A stretch of 64,000 bases of DNA from the human T2T-CHM13v2.0 reference genome, Homo sapiens. The stretch lies in assembly GCF_009914755.1 (NCBI RefSeq), contig NC_060932.1; one strand, 5' to 3'. A program made the position numbers and the translations under genes. Below the pieces are notes generated by a model. It saw only the letters and a program-made list of their open reading frames with translations, had not been told where the DNA came from and searched no databases. Below are positions 13,870 through 30,440 of the stretch, one piece after another (position 1 is the first letter of the stretch; each line of letters opens with the position of its first letter).

Positions 13870-15010
13870 TTCAAGAAACAAATATAAAAGTGGCTCTCCA
13901 CTCACCTCTGACCTCTCACATGGAGGCTGAGTTCAAGCACAGCCACTGGTATCCTTCAAACATTTGCTGGGGCCACCCCTTTCCTACAACCCCAATCCCA
14001 CTACTCCAAACTCTACCTGTGCCAGCTCTACAGCCTGTCGCTTCCAGAGTCCTCTTTGTTTGGAAATTGTCAGTGTTCAAAGCTACTGACAAATTTATTC
14101 TGGCTTTGAGGATGACTGTCCCATACCTATCACCTTGAGATTCCCTTATGTTATGGACTATAATACAATCTTCCAACACTTTTTTTTAAAGGGCTTCAGT
14201 GTTTAACCTCAGTCTGACCCTGGGCCTCTTGCCTTCCTCCTTCTGTTTTCTTGCTTGTACTTCATGTTCTTCCAAGAAAGTTTACTGAATAATGCTGCAT
14301 CTAATCTGTCTGCGTTTTGTCAGATTCTGTTGTCTTCATAAAATCCCCAAACTGGCCCCAGCTTAGATCACAACAGACTTTTCTTTCCATTATTACAACA
14401 CTCTTAAACTCTTCCTTCTCCTTGAAATCTCATTTTACAACCCTGCCACCACCACACATACACACACATGCAATAATGCAACTTCACTGAAGAAAAACTA
14501 GTCTTTTTTCAAAAGGTAATGATGTATGTTCTATTTGTTCTTTTTCTATTTGCTCCTCAATCCATTGCAATCTGGGTTTCTGCCATGGTTGTTCCACCAA
14601 ACTCACCCTCACAATGGTCAGTAACATCTACTGGTTGACAAATACAATGGACACGTTCCAGTTCAATTATTACTTTATCTCCCTGCAGCATTTGTCATTG
14701 TTGACTGTTCCCTTCTTTTTTGAAATTCTCTTCTGCCTTAAGCTTCAAGGTTTTCCTCATGACTGACTGACTCTTCTCTTTAAGTTTTCTTGTCTCTCTC
14801 CACCAGCCATTTAAAAATTGATCTTTACCAAGATTTGACTCTCAGAGCTTTACTTATCTCACTCCTCAAGCTGTCCCTCGAGTAATCTCACCTACCCACA
14901 AACTTCAACTAACACTTACAGATGATGACATCTGACCTCTAGGCTCACTTCTGTGCTTGCATATGCTCTAAGCTTAAGACTTCAAACTGACAGAAACTCA
15001 CCTCATCAGT
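13870..15010 (+). mobile_element. L2 LINE ORF2 fragments
   Basis: CCATTGCAATCTGGGTTTC (LQSGF) and CTGCAGCATTTGTCATTGTTGAC (AAFDTVD-like) L2 RT motifs. Confidence 0.65.
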
Positions 15011-15261
15011 TTCCTTGCCCTCAAACCCTCAAAAAAATTCAGGAGAAAAAAAATCCTTTCATCCTTTCATGAACCTAAATTATCTGGGTGTTGTTTTTTT
15101 TTTAATTTGGCTTCACCTTTCCACCCTCATTTTGATTCTGACAATGATGACTAAGATGCAAAATAACAGAATATTATATACACACTTGGCAATTAGAGAC
15201 TAGAAACTCTGTTCTAAAAAGGTGATAAAAATAAGCTTAGTGTTTTTTAGATTGCTACAGT

Positions 15262-15571
15262 TATTTATTTACTTACTCATTTATTTATTGAGACAGAGTC
15301 TTGCTCTGTCACCCAGGCTGGAGTGCAGTGGTGTGATCTCGGCTCACTGCAGCCACTGCCTGCTAGATTCAAGTGATTCTCATTCCTCAGCCTCCTGAGT
15401 ATCTGGGACTACAGGCATGTGCCACCACACCCAGCTAGTTTTTGTATATTTAGTAGAGACGGGGTTTCACCATGTTGGTTAGGCTGGTCTTGAACTCCTA
15501 ACCTCAAGTGATCCACCTGCCTCAGCCTCCCAAAGTGCTGGGATTACAGGTGTGAGCCACCACGTCCTGCC
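15262..15571 (-). mobile_element. AluS
   Basis: (TTTA)n tail then reverse Alu dimer. Confidence 0.95.
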
Positions 15572-17585
15572 TCCTACAATTATTTTTAAAATAAAATTAA
15601 AAGGGTGACTATAATTGTGTGTAGTTGCCAATCAATATTTCTAATTTTTTGATAAGCAAAAACTTGGACTCTGGATTGGAGCAGACATACAAAACTCTGG
15701 GAATCCAGATGTTCTGTTTAGAAAGAGATTTGGGGTAACACGTCTTGCATTCTAAAGCTCACTAAATTCTTCCTTCTATCTTGGCAGGTTACATGATGAA
15801 ACAATACAAGCTGCTGTGTTTCAAAAAAAAAATCTTTAAAGTTGTCCTATTGCTTTTTTGGTAAACACAGGTGAATTTATTGTTTGAGGTACTCTTCTTC
15901 CTTGCATAAGGGGGTCTAAAACTCTTCATTGTTAAGGTCAGAGTCTTTCCTCTGCTGGGAAGCCTCAGATGCAGACTGCCACCACTAAAATAAGTCATAA
16001 AACAGAAATCCCAAGCCAAGACCACATAAGCCAAAGTATCATGCACCCAGCATATGTACAGAGCACAAACCTATTATTTCACACCTGGTGCAATGCCAGT
16101 GGAGATTCTAGAAGCACAGAATTAAACTGTTATTTTTGACAAAGTAGTAGTATGTGTTGGCATTCAGTAAATTTGCTTGAAATTCTAACAACTTCCCTAT
16201 ATAGAATATCTACCCACCTGACATTTTTTCTTTATATGAAATCTTATAATAGCACATCTGTAATAACATTTCCTGTTTTCATTTTTTCCCCAGGAACACT
16301 GTTGACTCCTACTGTATAAGAACTACAGTGCATCTATCTCCATTAGCATTGTCACACGGGTTTTATAAAATCATATTACAAAATGTGGGTCAGTGATCAC
16401 TGAGTCATGTAATTTATCAAGACAATACCCAGATGCGCTGTTTGACATTCGTTTTGCAGGGATGCAATCTACTGGTATAAACAACTCTGTAATGCCTACC
16501 ATTCTTCAGAAGCAAAGGCCATTTACGACTAGGGGGAAAAAATCAATATCCAGAGTTCCACTCCCTATCAAATATTTAATGTCTCAATGTTTTATAAGAT
16601 AATATATCAGTGAAAACTGACAGGACACTTTCCGTTGATAACACATCATATTTTCAGCTTGACCCTCTAATGGTGTCTCTAAATTTAGACTTTTAGAACC
16701 AAAAAGGACTTTGTCTCTTAGCCCAAGCCCCTGATTTTACTAAGAGGACACTGAGATACATAGTACAAGACTGAAGAACAACAAACTGGCCCAGTGGTTA
16801 GTGATAAAGTCTAGAACTAAAATTTCCCTGGTCACAAATTTCGTAAATACCAAGTTCAGTTCTTTTCAAATCTTGCATATTTCACTCTCTTTCTGTTTCC
16901 TTCATCACACCATTAGGATGGAATTAATTCCCTAATGTTTATATTACATTTAATTAAATCAACATTTTTAAAGTACTTGCTCTATACTAGGCACTGCAAT
17001 AGATATTGGAAATAGTAAAGGTGCTTCTCTTCCATCAAAGCAGGACTTTCAAGAGCGATAGGAGATAAGACACAAATGTTCCCCATTATCCCACTGACAA
17101 GTTCCTCCAACTCATTCACTGGCATCTTTTCCTCTGTGGCCCCTTAAAATCTTATTCTCTCCTTGCCCACTTTTTCTTATGACACAACCCAGTCTGCCTC
17201 ATTATTTCATTGCTTACAAGATGTTGGCTGTGAACTACCCTGATTAGTCTGAAGCATGTGTCTCCTGAGTCCTGGTCCTCTGTCCCCAGGCGTCTATTGC
17301 ATCTCCATCGGTTGTCTCACAGGTTTCTTAAGCTCGCACATCTATAAGTGAACACATCCTCTAGAACCCCTTGTTAGGGTCCTTATTGGAAGTAACAGTC
17401 ATAATTCCATTATGCAAGTGCCCTATTTAATTTGTCCACTGAGGTATCTGTCTCTCCTACTATAGTGTAAACACCTTGGAGGCAGGTCTCATGTGTTTTC
17501 ATCTAGGTAGTCCCAATACTTTTCTTGAGACCTAGTGAATATATAATAAATATTTATCAAATGAATAAACAAAACCATTGCCTAG

Positions 17586-17907
17586 GGCTGGGCATGGTGG
17601 CTCATGCCTGCTAATTCCAGCACTTTGGGAGGCCGAGGCAGGCAGATCACCTAAGGTCAGGAGTTTGATGCTAGCCTGGCCAAAGTGGCAAAACCCTGTC
17701 TCTACTAAAAATACAAAAATTAGCCGGGCATGGTGGCAGGTGCCTGTAATCCCAGCTACACGGGAGGCTGAGGTAGGAGAATCGCTTTAACCAGGAGGTA
17801 AAAGTTGCAGTGAGCCGAGATTGCGCCATTGCACTCCAGCCTGGGCGACAAGAGCAAAACTCTGTTTCAAAAAAAAAAAAAAAGAAAGAAAGAAAGAAAA
17901 GAAAAAG
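17586..17907 (+). mobile_element. AluS inserted in L2
   Basis: Full dimer with perfect 13-bp TSD AAACCATTGCCTA (17572-17584 / 17908-17920). Confidence 0.97.
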
Positions 17908-20644
17908 AAACCATTGCCTATGTGTTGCCCAAACCAAAATCCTGAGTTGTCTTAGAAGACACATGCTATATTCAATTACCTGATAAGTCCTAGGCATTTT
18001 ATTCTCTTAAATTTCTCTCAAAACCATACCTTTCTCTTTATAAAAAACACTGCCCTGGTTTAGGTTTAATGATCTCTCACTCATATACCCTAAATGTTCT
18101 CCCTACTTCCAGTATAAACTTTTCCCACTCCATCTTATGCATACTCATAATCTATTTCTTAGTTGCTTACAATCCCCCAGTGCTCAGGGGAAGGAGTACA
18201 ACATATAGCATCTGCTGTGATCTTGTCCCTTCCTACTTATTCATCGCATGCTCTTTTCTAGCCTTGCAGCTCACATTCCATCCATACCAAATGTCCCACA
18301 TTTCCCATTGTATACGGTGCTCCCTTGCCCAGAATGTATTATCCCAGTTCCCCCCGACAAACTTTTACAGCAGTTGTCAAGATGAAAGCTTATCTCTTGA
18401 TTTCCTCCAAGCAAACTTCAAGGCTCCTTCTTGACACACCCAATTGTGCCTTTTACATATTTTCATTATGGCAATTGTGACATAGAAATTCCTGTCTATA
18501 TGTCTTTGCCCCTGCTGGAGTTGACACATAGAAGGTATTCAGTAAATATTAATGATTATTTTATAACAATACGCACAGATTACAGAGTGCCCCAATGTCA
18601 TTAAATTTCCCCATGTATACTTTAAATCAAGACTTCACTTTATGTTGGTTTGTTCACTTTAGTATTACTAGATGCAATTTGTGCCTTCAATATGTAGTAG
18701 ACTGAACAAATAGTGGGCAGAAGACATGATCAAAAAACAGGGCCTTTGTGCACACCCAGATCTATCTTTCCACTTGGAGAAGGGTGACAAGTAGAGAGAA
18801 AAAGAATGAAAGGAAAACAGAAGAGAGAGAAAGGAGGCATATATACATTAATGCCAACATAATCCACTCCCCCTCATTTCTACCATGGTGACCTTCATTA
18901 TTTTTCCGGTCCCTTTAATGTCCTCTATCTTGTCTGCTTTCCTATAGCTACCAAGATACACCAAATCCATAGATTATCTCCAAAACTGCTTTTTAACAAA
19001 CAGTTTCAATCTTCTGTTCTCCAGGTGGTAAGAAGTGGCTAGGAGGGAGCCTAATACAATCATTAGAACTTGGCCTCTGCTATCCCTCCCTGACCCATCA
19101 CCTTCAAGCATGACTCCAGCAAGCAGTGAAACTTCAACATTCCATATCATCAGATCTTGACCCATGAGGGGAGGTGCTGATGGGTTAGAAATGTTAAAGT
19201 TTTCCATCTCAGAATTACATTTGCACAACAAGGTCTACATTGATGCTACCATGATAAAAGCAACGAACATGTCTTGAGAACTAAGAATCACGCACAGCAA
19301 TATTCTCTTTGATAGAAATCCTTCATGAATCACAAAGAAGCTGTAGGTTCTGATATTTTTTAAAGCCAATGATGTAAACATGATACCAGGACACTCATTT
19401 TTATCATTTTAAAACCGTTTTAGATTGTGGTCCAACTTCAAGCTGAAGAATGTAAGTCACTTTTCAAGATACTTTTCATGTCCTGCATGAGAACTTAGAG
19501 CTTAGCGGATTTATGCAAACAACTTGGAGGCTAAATGCAGTAGTCCGAGCAAGATGTGTGTGCTCTGCATCCATCATGTGGTAAGATGAGTTTCCCAGGC
19601 TGACCTCCCTGCTTGGATACTCTTAAAATATCAGCATGCAAATAGTCTAAGGTGGACCTCCAACCAACACTGTAGTCAACTACAACAGTGAATGTTTAAG
19701 CAAGGTCTCAATTACATAATTCATTCACCCATCTCCATAGGGACTCTACTAAAGATGTTTACCCTCTGAGTTGAAAATTGTGCCATGTTGAAAGCACGGT
19801 AGACTCCCTAGCTCTGATGTTTAGACAGCGTCAGCTGTAACCCCAGTCACTAAGCAAGAGGTTTCATGAATTCATCATTGATTACATTCATTGGATTATT
19901 TTTCTCTTAAACACAAATTAAGACCACAGGGGAAATGATAGTTCTGTTTCTTGTTGCTTTCTCTTCATCAGATGAAGGAAAAGGGAAACAATTAGTTAAG
20001 AGGGAAAATGAAGAAAACAGAAAGTGATTATACTTGTAGTCCTCTAGCCAAAGGTAGACCCTTCAAGAAATGCACTCAATGGCTTTCAGATAGGGCTATA
20101 CAATTGGCCCCATCCCCACAGACACAGATAAACCTGGATCTCAGTCCTTTTCTGTGTTTCTTACTAAAATATGGATGTCTCAAGGGAGAAGCTGGATGGG
20201 TGGGAGTGAGGTTTGTGTTCCTTCATCAGAAATGTCATTGCTGCTCTCCTGAAAGTGTCCTGCTTTTGCTACATCTGCCTTAGAGCTCTGCTCAGCCCTC
20301 TTTGTTGCCGAGGCATCAGCTTAGATTATTATTCTGACACACCATCTCTGCAAACCCAAACACATGCTCAGTGTATTTGAATGCTTCTGAGAAAAAGCAC
20401 CTCAGCCTGGCAGATGGAGATACATGTCCAAAGATGAACGAGCTGCGTAGACCAAACTTGTTGTCAAAACCCCCAAAACTATAACACCAGTGACTGCCTT
20501 GGTTGTTAATATCTGAAACTATGTAGAAATGTGTGTGGCTGTAGCCCAAAAGAAACAAAAATCAATATACTTCCTTGTATATTTCTTGCAACAGCAGTCA
20601 GAGAAGTAAAGAATATTCAGTATGGATCTAGGTGGGCTACTTAC

Positions 20645-20820
20645 AGATCTTCGCACATTCTTACAGATTCGCATGATATCATTCTTACACATTTGCATGA
20701 TATTAAAGACAAAGTCATGAAATGAAAGCAATGTGTTTGAAGACCTTTTTATGAGGAGTAAAGCTAAAGCACTTTCTCAACATGCAACAAACATATGCGA
20801 AGTACTGTTTATATATAGCC
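20645..20820 (-). promoter_or_regulatory. Candidate TATA-type promoter and short first exon
   Basis: Minus-strand GGCTATATATAAAC at 20807-20820; donor AGATCT|gtaagt at 20644; unique sequence. Confidence 0.5.
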
Positions 20821-21308
20821 AGACTGCTGCATCCAGACTGAATGTCAAGCACAGTGCTGGCCCCCTTGGCAACATACTGGTGAACAAACAGCTTAAAGGC
20901 TGGCAGCAAAGACAGATAATAAAACAAGCAAATAAAGAGTGTCGAAAGTTATAACAGAAAAAATACACAGTGTTGTGGCATCAGGGGCCTAAACTAAGTA
21001 TAAAAGATCTTTTCGAAAAGGTGATGAGATCCAAAGAATTTCAACTTAAGCTTCCTGTGAGAGCTGCTTTTTGAAGTTTTGGTATGGATGGATAGATTCC
21101 TTCCACATAAATTTATGTCTTTAAAAAAATTAACAGTTTTCAGGGACAAAAAAGAAATTCAACCAGAGTCCACACAATTTTCAGGGAGAGAGGGTCAGTC
21201 TCCACCCAGTCAATGTTAATTAACACTGTACGGCAACCCTTCTCTCCATACTCACTGAATGGCATCCCAACCACCAGTAGGCAGCAACCTCTTTTGTCCT
21301 CCTGGGAT

Positions 21309-21311
<3 letters not shown>

Positions 21312-21382
<71 letters not shown>
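21312..21382. repeat. Compound (CT)n(CA)n microsatellite
   Basis: Direct reading. Confidence 0.97.
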
Positions 21383-21384
<2 letters not shown>

Positions 21385-22994
21385 TTCAATTAGGCACTGC
21401 AAGAAAATGATTTTGACTGGGGACATTGGTCATAAACATGCTACCAGAAGAGCTTCCTGCCTCAGATAAATGTCAGGACCTAATAGGTACAAATAAGCAG
21501 AAAGGTGGGGATGCTGGCATTGCTTTGGGAGCCCCTACTGCCTAGGGTAAGCTGGCAATACAGAAAGTATTAGTCCCAATCCTAAGGCAGAGGACATTCA
21601 ACTACAGCCTTTTTTTGCTCACATTTTTATGCAAACCCCACTCTATAGCATTAGCTTTGCTCATCTGCACAGAGGGCTGGGATTTCAGGCCAGATTGGAA
21701 TAAGTACACGTGAAACTTGAAGGCTAAATGCTCATATATTTTGTGATATCTTTTTTTTCTCATATTAGTAGAAGAAAAATATTAAATTGTGCTATATTAG
21801 ATAAGGTTATATTAGGAAAGTTATCAATTGTTTGAAAAACTGTCTTTTGGAAATTATTACTGTTGCATGGGCCCCATCAATCACAGAAAAAAAAACCAGA
21901 AATAAAATTCACTGAATAGCAGATGGGTAAAAATTATCAAGTTTAGTAGATATAAAATGACTTAAATTTGAAAGTACACAAGTCAGTGATTTTATCAAAA
22001 AGACGCAAACTAGGGAGAAGCCGCAGGCTGAACTGTGGGAAATGTTTCATTCTCGTGACCACAAAATGAAAGCAAGTCAATATCAGTGTTCATGTGTGAT
22101 CAAGTAAAGAAGCTCCAACAAGGTCTGAACAACCCCTGGCCCACTAAAGCTTCCCTCAGAAAGCAGGATGCTTCTCCCCTGCTGGTGAGATAATGAAAAA
22201 ATGAAAAAATAATGATAAAAAAATGAAAAAATTATAAACAACTGGAACACATAGTAATTATCAACAGAGCAACACGGATTTTGGATTTCTCCATCTTGAG
22301 AAGGTCTGAGGAGGAACCAATTTGTGATCAACAAAGTGAGACCAATAAAGAAAAGAATTTGAGTTTCATATTCCAGAGCTTCCGAGCTAAGTCCATGTAG
22401 ATAATAAATCATGTAATTTCATGTGCATGAATTCTTGCCTACTGTCCTACCCACCAGTATTGCTGCTGGTGAAGAAGGTTTGGAAGATATGGAGGTGGCA
22501 GAAAACTCATTTTCCTGGTACTTTGTAAACCTTGGGTTAGAATGGGAGCACTGGCAGCAGTCTGCTGCATAACTAGTTCTCCTTGTCCCTTGTTATGTCA
22601 ACAGCTACTACTACAATGACTTTCTTTTATTGAGAATTTACTGTGTGCCACGTAAGAGATCAGTTTTATCATGCTCATTTTCAGATGAGGAAAGTAAAAT
22701 TAAATAGCTTCACCAAGGCATTGACACCCAAGCCTGCTGACTGCAAAGCCCATGTTCTCACACTCCGTACTATACAGACATCCATTAATATATTAATACA
22801 ATCACTAATGTAGCTGCCTTAATTCCTTTATGTCTTAGAAGACCTAGACTACTGATCACTGAAGTATGCGGCAAGACAATCCACTGTTTGGAGGCAATAA
22901 AATAGGAGAACTTCTTTAGAAAAGATTAAGACATCTTTTTCTATTTATTTTCAATTAAAAATAAGAAATTATTATGCTGATATTTAATATACAG

Positions 22995-23369
22995 TGATAT
23001 GGTTTGAATTTCTGTCCCCACCCAAATCTTATGTTGAATTGTGATCCCCAGTGTTGGAGGAGGGGCCTGGTGGCATTGTATCATGGTGGTGGATTTCCCC
23101 CTTGCTATTCCCATGATAGTGAGTTCTCATGAGATCTGGTTGTTTACAAGTGTATAGCACCTCCCCCTGCTCTCTCGTCCTCCTTCTCTGCCCATGTAAG
23201 ATGTGCCTGCTTCCCCTTTGCCTTCTGCCATGACTGTAAGTTTCCTGAGGTCTCCGCAGCCATGCTTCCTGTACAGCCTGTGGAACTGTGAATCAATTGA
23301 ATCTCTTTTCTTTATAAGTTACCCAGTCTCAGGTTGTTTTTTATAGCAATGTGAGAATGGACTAATAGA
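22995..23369 (+). mobile_element. MST (MSTA-like) MaLR solo LTR
   Basis: TGATATGGTTTG...CCCAAATCT start, GGACTAATA end; 5-bp TSD TACAG/TACAA. Confidence 0.9.
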
Positions 23370-24153
23370 TACAAGTTAATACCAATATTGTTATGCCAAT
23401 ATTTAATATACAGGTTGATCCTGGCGCATGAATTAGTCTAGTTGCTGAGCACTCAAATACAGTCTGTGAGCATCCTGGGAGAAGGGAAGGTTTACTCCCT
23501 TAAGCATTTCACAGTGGAGCCCCCCACCTTTCCATTTTACTTTGATATATTGCAGCATGCTGCAGTTCACTGTACCTAGGTAGATATAGATGATGTTTTA
23601 ACAATAAAATGCAAATGTTTTTTAAAAGTGCTTAGGAGAGAGTATTTTGAAAATGGCTATGTAAAAATGTTTGCATAGTTATGTGACTATGAAAACATTT
23701 CTGTTGCCATAGACATCATTTAAGTGTGTCTTTCCAGTATCACTTCAACTCTTTCTGCCCCACCTCTCTCCTGTGCAGCCCCTGTGTGTGCATGGGCTCT
23801 AATCTCCTTCAAGCAGGCAAAAGCTGACAGCTCCCTGCCTCGTACCTGTTTGAGATGTCTCTTTCTTGCCTCCCACCCCCAGGTCTTTCCTGCTGACTTG
23901 GAGAGTGAAAGACTACAGGATGCCCCCATGAGTATCCACATAAGTACAACCCAAAAATGGAATGAAGGTTTGAACAGTGGAGGATGGGAACTAGAGAAGA
24001 TTCCTTTCCCCAAAGAGACTGTCCTGAAAAGCAATTGTTTACAGCCTGTAGGAAGGTCATCTCTCAATATCAAACAGTCATGTTCTATATGAGATAGTGG
24101 CCAACTTCATAACACATCCTCAACAGGATTGTACACTTCTAAATAGAACTCAG

Positions 24154-25847
<1,694 letters not shown>

Positions 25848-26278
25848 AAATAAAACTCAGGTTCTGCTTTCTGGGAAAACTAAGCTAAGGAGGGATATTT
25901 CCTCTAAAACCTTTATACCAAAAAAGAAAAAAGGTAGAAACAATATTCTAACCAGCTTCAACACCCTCAGAATAACATATTAGTTGGTTTTAATCTCACC
26001 TGTTAAAATATAAAAATGCACCCCCTTCCAAGGAGTTTGCAGGAACAACTAATCAAATCAGCAATGATAGGAATTTTCAACAATAATAATTTAAAACTCC
26101 TTTATATAAACAGTGGATGATTGACAAAACACATATCATAATTAAGGGCAGCTCATGGTGTACTTCTTCCATAAAGATCCAAGTATCTTCACAGGTATTT
26201 TTTTCAACTAAGAACTTAGAAATAGATCTTTGAAGAGCTGAATCACATACTGTAGTCCACAATTCAAAACAAAATATA

Positions 26279-26588
<310 letters not shown>

Positions 26589-29536
26589 TCATATTTATGA
26601 AAGCAAAAACTTTTTGTGCTGTTAATAAAACTAAAATTTATTTCATCTTTGACCGATAATTTGTTTCTATTTTATGCAGGCTTTATAATGTATATACTGT
26701 TATTTCATTAATATATACATATAATTTTAAATCAATAAATATATTGGGATGAGTGCTCAAAATTATTTTATTAGTGGGATGTGTGTTTTCAAAATGACGT
26801 GAACTGCCTGAATTTTATTTCTAATTCTATCCCTTACTACCTGGGAAACCTTGCGCAAGTTAACTAACCTCTCTGAATTTGTCATTTGTGAAATGGGAAT
26901 AATATTCACCCTGTAAGATTGTTGTGAGGACTATAGGTGAGAGGCTGAGAAATATACCTAGCACATAACTAGTAACACACAATTGTTGATTATTGTTATT
27001 AAAATGTTGTTAATATAATTACAATATATTTACCTTCCCAGGAGAAGGGCTACGAATGAATGCAGGCAAAGTAGTGTACACAAGGTGCTTTCAAAGGTTC
27101 CAAGAAGCAATCCTAAGCCTTTCAGCTTAGGATGTCTTTAGGTTTGAAAGAGTTTGAGAGATCTGGTCCAAGCCATTTATTTTGCAAATAAGGAAACTAA
27201 GGATCAGAGAGATGTATTAGTTTCCCAGGGATCATACAGCTTATGAATCAGAGCCCGGGTCTGACTCCAGATCTGTCGGGCCGAGGCCCAGCTCCCTCCA
27301 CCGTATCACACTGTACTCCCCTGCCTCTGCAGACACACAAAGGCCCTCAGCCAACAGATGAGCCTCTCACTTAGCTGCAGTCAAGGATGTCTCTGCCAGC
27401 ACTTTTCCTTCTCTGAAGTCTACAAATCACAAGTCGTGAGGAAAATGACATTAGTGCCTCCTCACAATAATTTAGGGATGACAGCTCTGAAGAATTCCAA
27501 TGAACTTTCAAATATGGTACCAGCCCCAGCCAACTGCAATCCTGGTCTGTGAGTAGAATCGGAGTACATTTTCTTCCAAGAGCATTATGCTAAAGGAAGC
27601 TATGGTAAGTTTGAAACCACCACCACTTCCTAACTCCCTATCTGCATTATTTTTCCTCCAGAGCAGTTATCAATAACATGCTATATATTGTACTTATTTA
27701 TCTTGTTTACGGCTCTCTGTTCTGCTATCAGGCAACCTCCATGAGGACAGGGATTTCTGTTTATTCACTGCTGTACTGCCAGTGCAAATATTTATTGAGT
27801 GAATGAATATAATATTTTGAGTTATTCCTGCCACTTTGGCTGTTAACCTTTGGCTTCTATGGATATACAGAGTTACTGATATCCTAGATTAAATTTTACA
27901 CAAGTTCCGAGGCTACTGGTCACACAGAACTGGTTCCTCTACAAATAACAGCTTCCAGTGATTTGATTAAAATGTACCCTAGCAAATAACATGTGAGTTA
28001 ACACCTGCTAATCCCACTAGTGCCAGCTGAAATGTCATTTCCTCAGGAAAACCATCCTAAACCCCAAGATAAGGCACTTCCCATATTAATGATTTCCATT
28101 GCACACTGTAATTTTCCTCTTGTTGTGCTTACCACAACTGGCATTAAATCACTTCATGGGTCCCTTATTTGTTCAATGACATTCTTCTTTTCTAAACTGT
28201 ACGTTCCATGAGGACAGGGACCATCTTTTGTCCATCACTGTACTTCCAGGACCTGACAGAACCTGGTATATAGTAGGCATTCAATAAGCATGTCCCAAAT
28301 GAACGAACAAGCAGAAATTTAATAAGTATTCCAGCTTTAACAAATTCTGCAAAAAAAAAAAAAAAATTTAACAGCACATGATAGAAGCTGTAAATTTGGT
28401 CCTTGAATTTATTTAAGCAAACTCTAGAGAGAGGAGTAATTATCCTTTCAAATAAAATTCCTAGCTTTTTCATCTAAAGTTGATGATATACAGTTACTTC
28501 CAGGAAGATATTTTAAGTTATTTCTTCTGTATTCCCCAAATCTGAATATTGCAGGCTTAATAAGAAAAATTTAATCTTCCAGCAATTTTGCCTTTGACCC
28601 CAAGTGAATTTAACTGTCCAGGATTCTGGTTTCCTTCCAAAATCTATATCTGGTTTTAAGATAAATTTTCCCAAATAAGCCATAAACATGATTTTGATGG
28701 TTGAAGAATACTTTCATTTTAGATGAATAAACCAGAAGTACTTCGGACTTTCAAAATTCATGACCTACATACCTATGCACACTTGCTTTCATTTCCAAGT
28801 TTCTATCACTGTTACCTCTCAGAGTGAAATAAAATCCCTTTGCCTCTTGAGTATTCTTTCTGGCTCCTAAGGGAATAAAATAGGAGCAAAATAAACCAAG
28901 CTCCTTCCATGTTAAAGAGAAATATAGGGGCATGTATCATCCCCCACCCACAAACATACAACTGCCTGCCAAAATAACATTGTGTTTATCTTGAAAATCT
29001 CCTTAGAGCTTAAGAATTCATAGAAGATTAAACATCATGGCTGTGAGTACTTGGAGCTAGACATCTACAAGATGAAAGGATCCTGTTTAGTCCAGGCAAG
29101 TCAGAATTACCTGAGATTCAGAAATGTAGGGACGCAGTGGGATAATGTGCTTGTTATGAGTGAAGGAGAAACATGCATGTTTCAATTTAATTTAACAATT
29201 ATATGTTTACCTCATACCATATGCTAGGTTTGAAAGACTTAATGGTTTCAAGACTTTCTGCTGGGGTAGCAGTGGTTTGAACATAAGCCCCATGCTTTAC
29301 ATTTAAAGCAGAACTACTTTATTCTTTGACTAACAGCCCTGAAGGAAAAAATAGATTTTTTTTTTACAAACAGGAAAAGTAGAGAAGAAAAAGAAGATTT
29401 TAAGATAGTCTTGTTATTGGCACAATGTATATAATCTTGTACTTTCTACCCCCAAACCATAGAGGCATAAAACTTGGTACATCCCAATTTACTGAAAGTA
29501 CAGAACTTAGAATGAGCTGTGAGAAACTGATTAGAG

Positions 29537-29710
29537 CAATGGCTCTCAACTTTTCTTCATGCTGAACTACTCCAAGAGTTTGACAAAAGCATTAATGCCT
29601 GAGATCCCAGAGACCCTGATATAATTAATAATGGTGTGGCCTGGGCATCTGGATTTTTCAAAGTGCCTCAAGTGATTCCAAAGTGCAGCAGAGATTGAAA
29701 GCCACTGGGC
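29537..29710. mobile_element. MER5A-like DNA transposon
   Basis: CAATGGCTCTCAAC...GGCCTGGGCATC.GGATTTTT...GTGATTCC...TTGAAAGCCACTG. Confidence 0.7.
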
Positions 29711-30440
29711 TAAAGGGCTTATTGATATCCCAGAGTTCACAAGCCAGACATTTCATTAATACTCAAGAGTCAGAGGAAACAAAAAAAGATGTGAAGATGA
29801 AAGTCAGTCTGGTTCTGTCATTGGGACCTGACTGATAAAGACATCTATGCTTGGTGCACCTGAAAGATGGGGTGACCAGGAATATCTGTTAGGGTGTTGG
29901 GGCCCCTCCCTCTAGAAGGCCTGGCCTTTTTGGGGTCCCAGGCAAACTTAGAAAGACAAAACTCAATTTGGTTAATAATAAGTAAAGCAACTATATGAAG
30001 ACTTCTGTAGTGAAAGGTAATGAGACTACTCTGGCTGTTTTAAAGCTATGCACTCTGGCTCAGGCTTAGAGATCATTCTGATATCAGAGGGAGAGGTGGC
30101 GGTTCATGTGTCTTTTAATAACCCTTTTTTTGGTCATTATACTTTCTTGATGATATCCATGACAAATAACATATCCAGATATTCCCATCTATTTCAGATT
30201 TTCCAGAGCAGTGAGCACTATCTTCTTTTGAAGACCCCAAGTTGTCTAAGTTTTACAAGGGAAGAATGAAGAATATTCATACCTACTTGAGGGAGTGATA
30301 AATGAGTTATGCCAATAAGGACAAGAGTAATTGGGAGAGAAGTCCTAAAACAAAAAGCTGGAAAATGTGAAAGAACAGACGAAAAGGATAAGCAGTCATG
30401 CTCCTTTAACTTAAAATAACCATCAAATTCCTAACACTGG

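Noticed and set aside
23720-24092. Three overlapping ORFs of 83-122 aa
   Set aside because: No recognisable protein similarity or splice framing; consistent with chance.
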